The position numbers and the translations under genes are program-made. 64,000 bases of DNA, taken from positions 1,488,001 to 1,552,000 of the forward strand of contig OZ037834.1 of assembly GCA_964035575.1 (NCBI GenBank). The letters run 5' to 3'. Numbering within the stretch: the first letter of the stretch is position 1; the number at the start of each line of letters is the position of its first letter. This document shows, piece after piece, positions 1 to 12,000 of the stretch. Under the pieces are notes generated by a model, which saw only the letters and a list, made by a program, of their open reading frames with translations, did no database searches and was not told the origin of the DNA. The DNA is from Rhynchopus sp. YZ270_cl-10. Taxonomy: Eukaryota.

Positions 1-395
1 ATAGCTATTTTTGACCAAAAAACACAATTTATTTGACGCCAGGAGGCCTCCGTTGGCCCAAATATATCCCAAAAATGGGCTGTGAGCCCAATCCGACCTG
101 TTTTGGGCACATTTGGCACTTTTCTTGGTGCTTATTTGATGTTTTTTGGTCAAAAATAGCTATTTTGACCCCCAATAGGCTGTGTAAGAAGAAGGGCCAA
201 AAACAGCCTAAAAATACCATAAAAATGGTCAAAAAAGGTCCATTTCGCCCCAAAACCACCCAAAACCTCCCAGAAAATCGTTTTTGGGGCGGTTCCGGAC
301 CTCAGACTGCAAAAAAACTGCCTACACGGCGGGGTCCGCACACCCCGAGGGTCCGTAAAACGGCATGTTAGGACACTCCCTCTTTACGGAGTGTC

Positions 396-512
396 ATTAC
401 GTACCCTAGGGTACGTAATTACGGACCCTAGGGTCCGTAATTACGTACCCTAGGGTCCGTAATTACGTACCCTAGGGTCCGTAATTACGTACCCTAGGGT
501 CCGTAATTACGG
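396..512. repeat. Tandem array of a 22-bp palindromic unit (TACGTACCCTAGGGT[A/C]CGTAAT), about 5 copies
   Basis: ATTACGTACCCTAGGGTACGTAAT is its own reverse complement; the same array recurs at ~3688-3747. Confidence 0.9.
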
Positions 513-870
513 AGCCTCCCAGGAAAAGGGACTCTCGAAAATTTTTTTTTGCCCCCGTTTAGGGCTAATTTCGACGATTTGAGGCCATTAAAAGCAAAAT
601 TTGGCACTTTTGAGCATCTGTGGGGGTCTAAAACACAGTTTAGAGTACCACAATTTTTAGTGGGTTTTACCGAAAACAAGTCAATTTTTGGGCCGAAAAA
701 AAATTTTTTTTGACATCACAAAATTGCCCTTGGTGGGCCTATGTGTCCTCAATGCTGGGCGAAAAATGCAAATATAGCTATTTTTAACTTTCACACACAC
801 GGGTTTTACCTGTGTACCTGTGTATCTGTGTACCTGTGTACAGGATATTTGTTGTGAAAGACATCTTCCA

Positions 871-1134
871 CCATGCATTGAGGAGGGTAAGACAGTGGTC
901 GCAGTTTGTACTTGATAGCATTACAACATTTAACTTCTCCACGGGGGTCTTGGGCCGTTCACTCGGTTATACCTTGACTACCGGAAGATATTCTTGAGGC
1001 CTTTTTGGTCTCTAGAATATCCGGTATTCCCGAACGGAGGCGCACTTTGTGTGTTACTACGACCTGGCAATTTCCAGCAGTAGGTTAAGTAATCTTTCTT
1101 GTAAATTGTTGGATCATTATCTCCTCAGTGCATG
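871..1134 (+). repeat. 264-bp direct repeat, copy 1 (copy 2 at 3252-3515)
   Basis: Near-identical CCATG..TTGAGGAGGGTAAGACAG ... CTCCTCAGTGCATG at both loci. Confidence 0.9.
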
Positions 1135-1454
1135 AATGCCCCACGTGACTGGACACTTTCGTGTTTGTCATGTGGAGCTGTGGTTGCTTTTTTCACGACT
1201 TTTTTCCTTGTACACCAGTGTACCGTGTACCGGGGTACCTGGGCCGAAAATACACCAGTACCCAGGTGCCTGGGTGCCCAGACACACCACTGTACCCAGA
1301 ATCCAGTCTCCCACCCAGAAAACCTACTCATACACCAGAAAAGTGAAAATAGCTACTCGATCAGAAAAGTCGGCTACGACCAGAAAAGTAGCTGGGAAAA
1401 GTTCAGAAAAAGCCAGAAAATTTCAACAAAACGCATTTTTAGGTTCTCGAAGAC

Positions 1455-1733
1455 ACTGGGTACTGGGTACTGGGTACTGGGTACTGGGTACTGGGTACTG
1501 GGTACTGGGTACTGGGTACTGGGTACTGGGTACTGGGTACTGGGTACTGGGTACTGGGTACTGGGTACTGGGTACTGGGTACTGGGTACTGGGTACTGGG
1601 TACTGGGTACTGGGTACTGGGTACTGGGTACTGGGTACTGGGTACTGGGTACTGGGTACTGGGTACTGGGTACTGGGTACTGGGTACTGGGTACTGGGTA
1701 CTGGGTACTGGGTACTGGGTACTGGGTACTGGG
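1455..1733 (+). repeat. Perfect 7-bp tandem repeat (ACTGGGT)n, about 40 copies
   Basis: Seen directly; it produces the spurious VLGTGYW / PVPSTQY ORFs. Confidence 0.97.
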
Positions 1734-3210
1734 CACCCAGAGAAAGCACCTTAAAAGCAGCGAAGGCGCAGGTTACGGGGAAGACAAGGTATGTAATTAT
1801 GTTTAACTTTCAGTTACTAGTGAAGATTGAACAAAAAAATGCCGCATATTTCAACTTGTTCGTGTTTTCAACTCGAAATAAACGCGTAATGTTCACACTA
1901 TTAAATAGCTATTTTTTTACGCACCAATCATTTTGTGTCACCTCATGACATGAAGGAGGAAATAGAAACAAAGCATTTTGAACACACTTGCGGTTCTGGG
2001 GACGAACCGCGCTGCAGAGCCACTCCTCAGGTCGAGGTGTGTGCGTTTCACCACAACCTCTCCCATGGGTTTTATCGTGTGATGAGTGTTACGTTTCTAT
2101 TTGGTTCCACAGGCGCTCGTTACCTGCTTCACATAATTCACCTCGCTTCACTCGAACCATTTGTGCAGCAGGTCACTCTCTCGACCTGTAGCGTGGAAAA
2201 AATCTATCTTATTTCACGGCAATAAATAGCCTTTTTTATTAACCTCACCTTTCCCGACTACTACGTTTGTATACCATAACTTAATCACACCCCACATTTA
2301 CACTTATCACAGGATCGTGAAGTCTGAACTGCACCCGCGATTGCGATGAGAAGCTTCACCGCGGTCCGACATTCAACAACTCAAAATCTACCCGCATCAA
2401 TCTATTCTCGAAGATCTGGGTGGAGGGGGGTGGGTACACTTAGTCAGTCACTGCTATAGCCATTAACCAAGGGAGCATAGCTAGTGCAAGAAATTCGACT
2501 TTGGAAACCTTCCGGAAAGTCTGTCCTCTGCTTCCGGAGGACTAGACACAAGAAAATATTGCGTTCCCCCAGAAAACCAGTGCACAATTCACACTCCTTG
2601 TGGGTGGTCTTGTTGCCTTTTTGGTCAACAGTAATTTTGGCCCAGGCATGCTCTTGAAGCATGACAATTTAGTGTGTATGGGGCAGGGTGTTGTTTTGTT
2701 CTGAATTCTCTTTGTTATAACATCTAAGTCAATCGCGGGTGGTGGTTTGTGTAGCGTGAGGCACTCTTTTTAACAAACTTCCTGCGGCTGCTAAAGCGTT
2801 ATTTCTTCGGATTTAACAACGTACAGCGTAACATAGTGGATTAGCCTGGTCGACACAACCTTTGATAGCTATGGGATAACCAACCCCCTTCGACCCCTTG
2901 TGGGTTCACTGAACAAGCCCTAGTGGTAGTTAAACGCGATTGACATTTACATTCCTAAAGATGAAAGAACAAGACAACACTTCTGTACCCGCGCATCAAA
3001 ATTGTGGAAAACTTTGCACCCCAAACACCCTCAACAACGCCCGCCAAAAGGCGCCCCTTGTTGCTGGGACTTGGTTCTCATTGATACACTGCACAGCAGG
3101 CATTCCTCTGAGTCCAACGCAGTTTGGCCTGTCTGCAGCGTTGCACCGAAGGTGCACGAAGACAGGGTCTGGTGGTAAATTTTGCGTCTCGCATTCCCTC
3201 AGGGAAGTTT

Positions 3211-3557
3211 AAAAACTCTTGAGCTCGGTTTGTTGTCAAAGAAATATTCAACCATGTATTGAGGAGGGTAAGACAGTGTTCGCAGTTTGTACTTGATAGC
3301 ATTACAACATTTAACTTCTCCACGGGGGTCTTGGGCCGTTCATTCGGTTATACCTTGACTACCGGAAGATATTCTTGAGGCCTTTTTGGTCTCTAGAATA
3401 TCCGGTATTCCCGAACGGAGGCACACTTTGTGTGTTACTACGACCTGGCAATTTCCAGCAGTAGGTTAAGTAATCTTTCTTGTAAATTGTTGGATCATTA
3501 TCTCCTCAGTGCATGGTGGAAGACGTCTTTGACAACTAACCGAGCTCACGACTTTTT
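3211..3557. repeat. ~350-bp module with ~50-bp imperfect inverted arms, containing copy 2 of the 264-bp repeat
   Basis: GAGCTCGGTTTGTTGTCAAAG...CCATGTATTGAGGAG (3221-) pairs with CTCCTCAGTGCATGG...CTTTGACAACTAACCGAGCTC (-3547). Confidence 0.7.
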
Positions 3558-3687
3558 TCGGTATGTAACTTGGGATAGGCCCACATGATCATGGTCTATC
3601 ATGTGGTACCTGTGTACCACTCGGTTTGCTCCCAGGGCTTTTCGACCAGCAGTCACACATCCAAACAGTGATTTCCCACCTTAGACC

Positions 3688-3747
3688 ACGTAATTACGTA
3701 CCCTAGGGTACGTAATTACGGACCCTAGGGTCCGTAATTACGGACCC
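3688..3747. repeat. Right-end palindromic 22-bp array of the 325-3820 element
   Basis: TAATTACGTACCCTAGGGTACGTAATTACGGACCCTAGGGTCCGTAATTACGG. Confidence 0.9.
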
Positions 3748-4091
3748 GGGTCCGCACTTGAGGGTCCGTAAAGAGGGTCCGTAAAATTTACGGACCCTCG
3801 GGTGTGTGGACCCCGCCGTGTATATCATGAAAAAGACAAAAAAGAACTTTTGGGGGGGGGGGGGGGGGGTAGGGGGGCGGATTGCTAACGTTTTTTATGT
3901 AATTTTTATTATTTTTTCGCCGGTGGGCCATTTCAGTGGTGACCCACACGCTGTGCCACCCCAAAAATGGGTTTCCGGGGGTTTTTGGGGGGTTTTGCGG
4001 CAAAAAACGTGAAAAAACGAAAAAAAATGCCGTTTTATTGGTGTTTTCATGATTTTGTACTGTATACAGCCTATGATTGGAGGAATTTGAC

Positions 4092-5165
4092 ATATTTGAC
4101 TCAATATTTCAAACCAAGATCGGTTCGAAGGGTCCAAAAGGGTGCAGCTCGTCGAAATCAGGCCCACAGGACCCCCAGGAGTACGATTTCCACCGGAGAG
4201 TGACCCCAAGAGGCCTCTGGCGGCCTTAATTTGTCATTTTCTGCCTTCCCCCCACACTCGTGCATTTCGATGCGCAGCTGAAGCACTTCATCAGGACACG
4301 CATGCACACACCCCTGATCCACTCTGCATCCGCGAACCTCCTCACGAACTCAGCAGCATCCTCAGACGCTTTTTGTGAGTGGGAGGCCGTTTTTTTATTT
4401 GTTACGCCTGTCAGGGGAGGAGAAGGTGGGCAGTGAGGGGGGAGGGGAGAGGGGGGTACTTTACACGCATACGCACGGGTTCAGGGGGTGATATTCGACT
4501 CAATATTTCAAACCAAGATCGGTTCGAGGGGCCCAAAAGGGTGCAGCTCGTCGAAACCAGGCCCACAGGACCCCCAGGAGTACGATTTCCACCGGAGAGT
4601 GGCCCCAAGAGGCCTCTGGTGGCCCTAATTTGGCATTTTTTAGCCCACAACCGGCCCTACCCCCCTCTCTGGGGGGGAGGGCAATTTTTCACTCCTTTTC
4701 CCCATTTCTGGTGCTTCTAAGTCCTCCAAAGGGTAAAAAACCGGTTCCGTTGGGTCCGCGGACCATTTTTGGGGGGGGTATGTACCCAAATTTGTACCAT
4801 ACCCTACTTTAGGTGATGGTCATGGGCAAAGTCACGGAGAGGACAGGCACCGGACAAGCACTGGACAGGCACTTTTTTTGACTCCAAAATTCAAAAAAAA
4901 TCATTTGTAAGTGGTCCAGAAGTCTGTTCGTCGTTGAAATCAGGTCCACAGGACCCCTGGGACCCGATTTGCACCAGAGAGTCACCCAAATAGACCTCTG
5001 GTGATCCAAAAAACTCAATTTTTTTGCTAAAAAACCACTTTTGCCCATTTTGGGGGGAAAGTCCATTTTTCACTAATTTTCCCCATTTTGGGTATTTCTG
5101 AGCCCACCAAAGTGTAAAAAAATGGTTTCATTGGATCCTCCGAACATTTTTGGGGTGGGTATGTG
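4092..5165 (+). repeat. Degenerate ~400-bp-period direct repeats, probably the interior of another transposon
   Basis: A ~140-bp block at 4092-4233 recurs at 4491-4632 and, more diverged, at ~4910-5005; ~4695-4782 resembles ~5077-5164. Confidence 0.7.
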
Positions 5166-6053
5166 TCTAGTTTTCCACGGGAAACGAGTTTCTATGTTGC
5201 AAAAAATTTTTATTTCACTTTTTGTGAGGACAATCCGCCCCCCTAGGGGGGGGGGGGGGGTTTTGAAATCGACCCATATTGTATTGTATAGTAGAATATT
5301 GTGGATGTGTTTGCAGGGGGAAAAAAACAACGTATTTTATTGGTAAAGTTAGTAGTGGTATGTATTGTGATAATTGCCTATCATAAAAGATAATACATAC
5401 AGCGTGTATTGTGATGTGCATTAATGTACGCAATATAGGCAATGTATCACAATACAGATATCCACTAGGACACAGTATGAAAGCTTCTCTATGATTAGAA
5501 GTGAAAGAGAAAAGAGTAGTTGTGCTAAAACGCAGTTCGGTTGTGGAAAAAAAAAAAAAGAGAAGAAGAGAAAGATTATGCAGTCGTGCTAATGTCATCA
5601 ATAGGGGAAAAGGGAGGGGGAAATCCTTTTTTTTCATTCAATCTAAACGTTCTAAGTATATAGTGCATAATGGATGTGGGTGGAGGAGGGGGGAGTTTTG
5701 GGAAGGTGAGGGGTGTGTGTATGTGTAGTCTTCCAAGCTGATTGGATGGATACTCTTTTTACCTCCTTCCTTTTTTTTTTGTCGGTCCTCCTTTTTGCGT
5801 CCGTGCAGTATTACTGAATACAATATAAAAAAAGTAAAAAAAAAACGAAAAATCTATTCTAACTTTGTTGACGTTTGATCTGTTGCACTGCAACTATCCC
5901 AAATCACTTTCACTAATTCTATTTTTACCTTTTTTTTCCCGTAAAAAATTTTTTTTCGGGACATTTTAAAATCCTCACTGTATCATAATCTATTACGTCT
6001 TTGCAAACCCTCTCTTTGCTTTTCTCTCTTTTATATCAACTCCGCTTCTCTTC

Positions 6054-9000
6054 CTAATGTGCTGCACTCGCACTCCGTGCCCTCTGCCCATTTGGTGTGA
6101 AGAGATTAATCGCCGCAACGGGAATAGGATGGTAGGCACCTCCAGCAGCACTCCCCTCATTTTCATTGGCAAAGACGGACTCCGCTCTGACTGTCGCAAG
6201 GTCGGAGAGGGCGAGGGTGGAGCCGATTCCGTCGTCGCCAACTGTGTCTGGGGCTGCGTCACGCATGATGGTCCCGACAATGCGATGAACGAAGCTGTCG
6301 TGGCGTTCTGGGTTGGGTTCTGCCTTCTCCGCTTTGTTGCGGATCGATGCTATGGTCCTCTCTGGCTCGGCTTGGGAGAGGAAGGTATGCGGTCGTGGCA
6401 GGGCGTTGGGAGTATCAGGGTACCCCCTCGAGGTCGGCAACGACACCCCTGACACCCCTGACACTCCGGAGGCTGCGGTGGTACTCCGCCGCCTGCGTCC
6501 ACCCAACACCACTTCGCTGCTGCCACTGCCACCACGGAGGGCGGAGACACTCTGCTCCCCACTCATCCTCCTCGGATCAGCTTTGACCCTCATCCCTGGA
6601 GACATCATGCCAACAGTCGCAACAGAGGCGACGGTGGGGGAGACGGATCGTCCGTTCTTTTGTGTTGTGTGTCGGGCAGGTATGGGGCGGTTGTTGTCAT
6701 GGAGGAGTGCTTCGGAGAGGCGTGGGTGTGGTTGGCTTGGTGGTCGGTGTTCCTTTTCAAGGGAAGCCTCGCGTTGTGTGAGCATGTCTTGAAGTGCGTC
6801 GAGGCGTGCCTTCTCGCGGACCAAGCGGCGTGCCTCGGCAGTGGCGCGGGAGCTCTCGCGGAGTGCCTCAGCATCGCGTCGGGCAAGGCCCCGCTCACGC
6901 TCCTCAGCGACGGCCCGCTCACCTTCAACGCGGCGGGCTGCAGCCTCCAGACGCGCGCCACCTTCATCAAGCGCAGCGCTGCGTGTCTGCAACGCCACCT
7001 CCACCTCCTCAACCTCCTTCGATCGTCGGTCCAACTCCTTCTGAAGACGGTCTTGTCTGAAAAAAAGAGGGTAATTTAATTACAAATTGAAAAAATGACC
7101 AAAAATGGGTTTAAAAAAGCGCGATTTATAAATTGATGTAAGATCTATTCAGTTTACAGCGCATATTCATTGGAGGCAGAGTCCGCGGAACACCCCCGTT
7201 CACCCCGTCCCGGACGGGGGTCAATTATTTTCCAAAAACCGACCCCCGTCCCGACCCCCGTCCAGGGACGGGGGTTTTGGGTTTTTTTTTTGGGTGTTTT
7301 TTTTGGGGGGAGGGGGGTTTGGGAGGGGGAAATTTTATTTTTCCTGCCTCAGTAGGTGATTGTCGATACAAAAAAAAAAAGGAAAAAGGGTTTGGGAGCC
7401 TCAGCCCCGCAGGGGTTTTTTGTAGTTTCGACAATCGCCTGTACATCGACATCCCTTTCCCATGTACAATACTTAACAGAAAAATCAAAAAAGAATAATA
7501 ATAATAATGTCCGGCCGGCCGACAAAGCGGATGCAAGCTTTGGCAAGGCTGGGAAAGAGGGAGAAGGGGTCACTGCCGGCCATGTTGCAGCAGGCGAAGA
7601 GGAAGGCCGATCAGATGAAGGCTGCATCAGCGACAGAAGCCATGTCACAACTTGACGCCAGCGTGGCAATGCAGGTCGGTGGCGATGGCGATGACGATGA
7701 CGAAGATGAAGATGAAGTGCCAGCTACAGGTGTTAAAGCCTCCGTGAGCGACTTTGTGTTGCAGCCCCCTTCCGTTGCCGTCACATCTACGGAGACTGCG
7801 CCTGTTGCTATTACAGAGGAGACTGCGCCTGTTGCTACTACAGAGGAGACTGCGCCTGCTGCTACCGCCATGCAGATAGATGCTGATGCTACGACCGACG
7901 TCCCAGATGCGGCTTCTGCGACAGGTTCAGGTGATCGTACTCGTCTTGCGTCTGATGTGTCAAGCTCCAATCGTGCAGCGAAGAAGCGAAAAGTACGGAC
8001 GTACCAGGAATCGTGGGAGAGCCAGTTCAAGTGGCTCTGCAAGGACGAACTTGGGATGACGTGCAAGCACTGCGAGTGGTTCTTCGTGAAGGAGAAGAAG
8101 GGAACGATGCCTACAAATGTTCAGCACGCGTTCACTTCCAAAAGACCACTGAACAACTGGAACACTGCACTTGATGCAATAAAATCGCATCATAAGGCGG
8201 AGTATCATGTTACTGCTGAACGTGAGCATGCGAAGTTCCTGGTTAACAGTAAGAAGCCCGCCGCGCCCACCTCCTCCATCGCTGCACAGCTTGACATGGC
8301 GAGTGAAAACACGAAGGAGAAGAACCTGGAAGGGCTCATTAGCCTGATCAAGTGTGTGCACTACAACGCTCGACGTATGCACGCCATTGAGGAGTTGCAA
8401 GAGCACGTGATCTACGTGGCTGAGGAGCAGGGGTGCGCCAGTTTGCAGCGGCATTTAGCTGAGCCGCCGACTTACCTCGGCACGGCAGAGTCTCGCCAAT
8501 TACTGGAGTCAGTGTCGATGGTTACGACGGAGGACTTGCTACTGTGCATCCAGCAGTCTCCCTGGTGGTCTTTGATGTGCGATGAGAGCAAGGACATCGC
8601 CCAGTGTGCAGAGTGTGCTCTTTGTGTTCGCTACATCGACGTAGAGGAGGGGGAGGTTCGCGAGTGCTTCCTGTCCTTGCTCCCCATGAACAACGGCACA
8701 TCAGAGGAGTATGAGAGGGTACTCTTGGGGGCGGTACGCGACCTTGGTTTAAATCCGAAAAGGATGATTGCTATCGGATTGGATGGGACAGCGTCGATGT
8801 CTGGGAAAAAGAGGGGGCTGCAGAAGAGGCTACGCGTGAGAATGAACCTGCACGCGAAGTACTTCTGGTGTACGTGCCACCAGTTTGTGCTGAAGCCAAA
8901 GGGGGCGACGAAGGCCGTGCCGTGCCTGGATGCGGCGATCGCCATGGAGTCGAAGCTGTACTCCTGGTTCAACGCCAGCAGCGTTCGTGTGACGGACTGG

Positions 9001-12000
9001 ATGAAGTTCCAGAAAGGAGTTGGAATCGACAAGCCACGCAAGGTACTGGAACCCCATGAGATTCGGTGGATCCAGAATGCCAGATGTTTGGATAACATCA
9101 CGGCAGTGTACCGCCCTCTGGTGCGGTTCCTTAGAGCAAAGACCGCTGATCTGTCAGCGAAGCTCATGGAACCCGCCATGGTAAAGAGCGTGCATCTGCT
9201 TGCAGATGTCGAGGATGCCAACAGCTCGTTGGTCTCAACACTCCAGGTATGGCCCAAATCAATTCCCTTTATCGTTTATTTTATTTCATTCCACAGGACC
9301 GCAGCCTGAGCGTGTTTGATCTGGTCGACGTGTTCGACCAGTACCTGCACACTATCCGCGAACTGCGTGATAATCCTGCGATATCAGGACAGGTGTACCC
9401 CACGTGGCCAGAGGTGCTGGCCGACGTAAATGCGGAGGCATTGGACGAAGACCTGGAATTTAACCCATTCCACGAAATCGTCGCCTCCCCCTACCTCACC
9501 CGCCTCATTGAAGAGACTGAGGGCGTGATTTGTGATGTGCCCTTTTTGTCTAAATTTAAAATTTTTTCCCCTAGACATTTCCCCAGGGACACATCACAAT
9601 TACTACTTTTTGGGGCAAAAGAGCTAGACGACCTGTTGTCGTGGTACACTAGCGGCGTGACAGATTTTTTTTACAGTGGCACCTCCTCCGACCCCTGCAC
9701 TGAGGACCGAAAGGTGTCAGGCACACATGGAGGTTACGACTTCGATCTCGCCCGTATCAAGGCGGAGTTCATTGTTTACAAAGACACGTTTTCTACTTTG
9801 TCTGACACGACAGTGCCTGACATTTATAAAATAATGAAAAAAAAAAAACTCTTCCCTCATTTGAGAGAAATTATTGAAATTTTTCTTGTTTTCCCCGTGA
9901 GCAACGCTGAATGTGAGAGAGTCATATCAGCTATGAATCAAATAAAAACTAATCAGCGGAAATTGCTTTCATCCGACAACCTGAACGGGAACATGCGTAT
10001 TGCTCTGCATGCCCGTGGGAAGGGCAGAGTGTTTTCTGCGCCTGGGAAGGAGGTCAAGAGATTCGATAAACGTCTGTCCCACAACCAGTGTCTGCGAGCA
10101 GTGAAGCGATTTTATACCGCTTACACGAATGCGTCAGGGTGCCAAATTAATCGCGCACTGCGTATCCCTGACCATGTTGTCACGTCAGTGTATCCGCCTT
10201 TCTAAGTTTTTTACCCCAACCCCAACCCCACCACCACCCCCCCCGTATACCGAATGTAAAATCATCAAAGAACATATGACCCCCCTCCCCCCGTCATTTT
10301 TTCACTTTCAGCAGGAGAAAAAGCCTCCCTTTCGTATTTCTGGCTTGTCCTCGGGGAAAGCTCGGGAGAGGTTTTTTTTTGTTTTTTTTTTTTGTGTTTT
10401 TTGGGCGGGACGGGGGTTGGAAGGGGGTGCATAATTAATTTTCGGGGGAGGTCCGCGGGCTCTGATTGGAGGGGTTTTTTAGAAATTAGTAAAAGAAAAA
10501 TTATTTAAAACAAAAGTGCACTCCGTATCCAAAACATATGTGGAGTGGTGGGGATGGGGGTGGGGTGTTTCTCATACAACGCCTTGGTGTGAGCAGCTGC
10601 CTCCTTCTCTTTGCGGAGGGTTTCACTCTCGGAGGCAAGCTTTTGCTCCCACTGGTCGCAGGTCGCTGTGCGCTTCTCAACCGTAGCCTGCTGCTGCGTG
10701 CTGCGCGACTTGAGGACATGCTGCAGCTTCTCTGCCTTCGTCTTCTCACGCTGCACCTCTCCCTTCAAACGCGCCACTTCCGCAGTGAGCGAAGCCACCT
10801 CCTGCTGCGCCTGCTTATGTGCATGGGTCGCCCCTTTCGAGCTTTCCCCCTGTTGAAAAAAGAGAAAAAATTGGTATCCTCAAATTTAAGTCGATAGTGG
10901 AAAAAAAAAATGATGAGAATGGAGAGTGCTTCATTTGCTTTTGCACTTGAAAGGGTAGAGTGTGAAGCTTACCCCTTGCTTTGTCGAATGGAGGGAGAAT
11001 AAAAGGGTGTCACGAATTGTTAGATTGGTGACCACAAAAAGAATGGGATGAGCCTAAGCCTCTCGCAAATCACTTTAAATTTATGGGAGGAAAGGAGCCT
11101 TGGGAGGGCAATAATGCATACCTCTTCTTTGAGTCGCAGGAGTTCGTCTTTGCAGGTTTGGAGCTCTCCAGAGAACCATTTTTTCGATGCGCGAAGTGCA
11201 CTGTACAGAGGAGGGGGGGTAGGGAAAGTGGGGAATAGAGTATGGAGAGAGATGAGGGGGTATTTGCGTTAGTGAAGTGCGGTGATATCCTAACGATTCA
11301 TCATTAACTGAATGCCATAACACATCTAGTACGGTAGGCTGTAGTATCACGGCACTGTCCGATCGGACAACCGTTGATACCAGGGATTAGAAAATGTGAG
11401 GGAGGGAGGGAGTAACTGTGCAGAAGGGATGGGAAGATGTGTAATGACACCCCAAAAAAAGAACAAAAAGTTTGTAAGATGACCCTAAGCCTCTCGTACT
11501 TAGTCACCTTGGGGAAAGATATATGATCACAACGTCAGTAATAACACATTCTGCTCATCTCTGAGCATGGAGAGACAAAGATCTTTACAAAAATACATCC
11601 CCGCAATCTCAAAAAATTCGTCATTTTTACATCTTGAAAGAAAAAAAAATTTCAATCAACTTCGTTTCATACCTCCTCTCGTTCTCAAGGGTTTTCATTG
11701 CGGTGCGCAATTGATCAATTTCGCGTGTTTGCTTTTGAATGAGGACGGCCTTTTCATCGCCCTTTTGCCGTGCACCACCAGCACCCACTTCTGCTTCGAG
11801 ACGTTGTTTGAAGCGAAGCCGCTCTGTACTTAGTATCTCTGCGTGCTCCTGCTTTGCGGCTGCGAGCTCTGATTGGTGATGTGCTTTGGTTTGTGCAATG
11901 CGCTCGTCCATCATGCTCTTGAGGTTGTCTATTTCCTTTCTGTGTGCGGACACTGTTATATGCGAGGGCGGCAGCTGCGGGGCAACGCTGGCTGAGGGGG

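Larger units (their letters stand above)
325..3820. mobile_element. Non-autonomous TIR DNA transposon with TA target-site duplication (CACGG termini)
   Basis: Left end CACGGCGGGGTCCGCACACCCCGAGGGTCCGTAAA (325-) is an imperfect inverted repeat of the right end TTTACGGACCCTCGGGTGTGTGGACCCCGCCGTG (-3820). TA flanks both ends (323-324, 3821-3822). Both ends carry palindromic subterminal arrays. No intact transposase ORF. Confidence 0.8.

Noticed and set aside
396..512. CRISPR-like palindromic repeat array
   Set aside because: Units abut with no unique spacers, there are no cas genes, the context is eukaryotic, and the array is explained as transposon subterminal repeats.
1132..1948. ORFs of 108-270 aa with VLGTGYW / PVPSTQY repeats
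   Set aside because: Translations of a stop-free 7-bp tandem repeat.
2444..2662. Possible BED-finger/transposase remnant (AWAKITV...KECELC)
   Set aside because: Too short; the downstream His ligands and a catalytic domain are not identifiable.
871..3515. LTR retrotransposon suggested by 264-bp direct repeats
   Set aside because: No TG..CA termini, no recognisable PBS/PPT, and no gag/pol remnants.
5270..5300. Possible Helitron 5' end on the minus strand (TCTACTATACAAT)
   Set aside because: The flank is not a clean A|TC junction and no matching 3' hairpin-CTRR end was found in the window.
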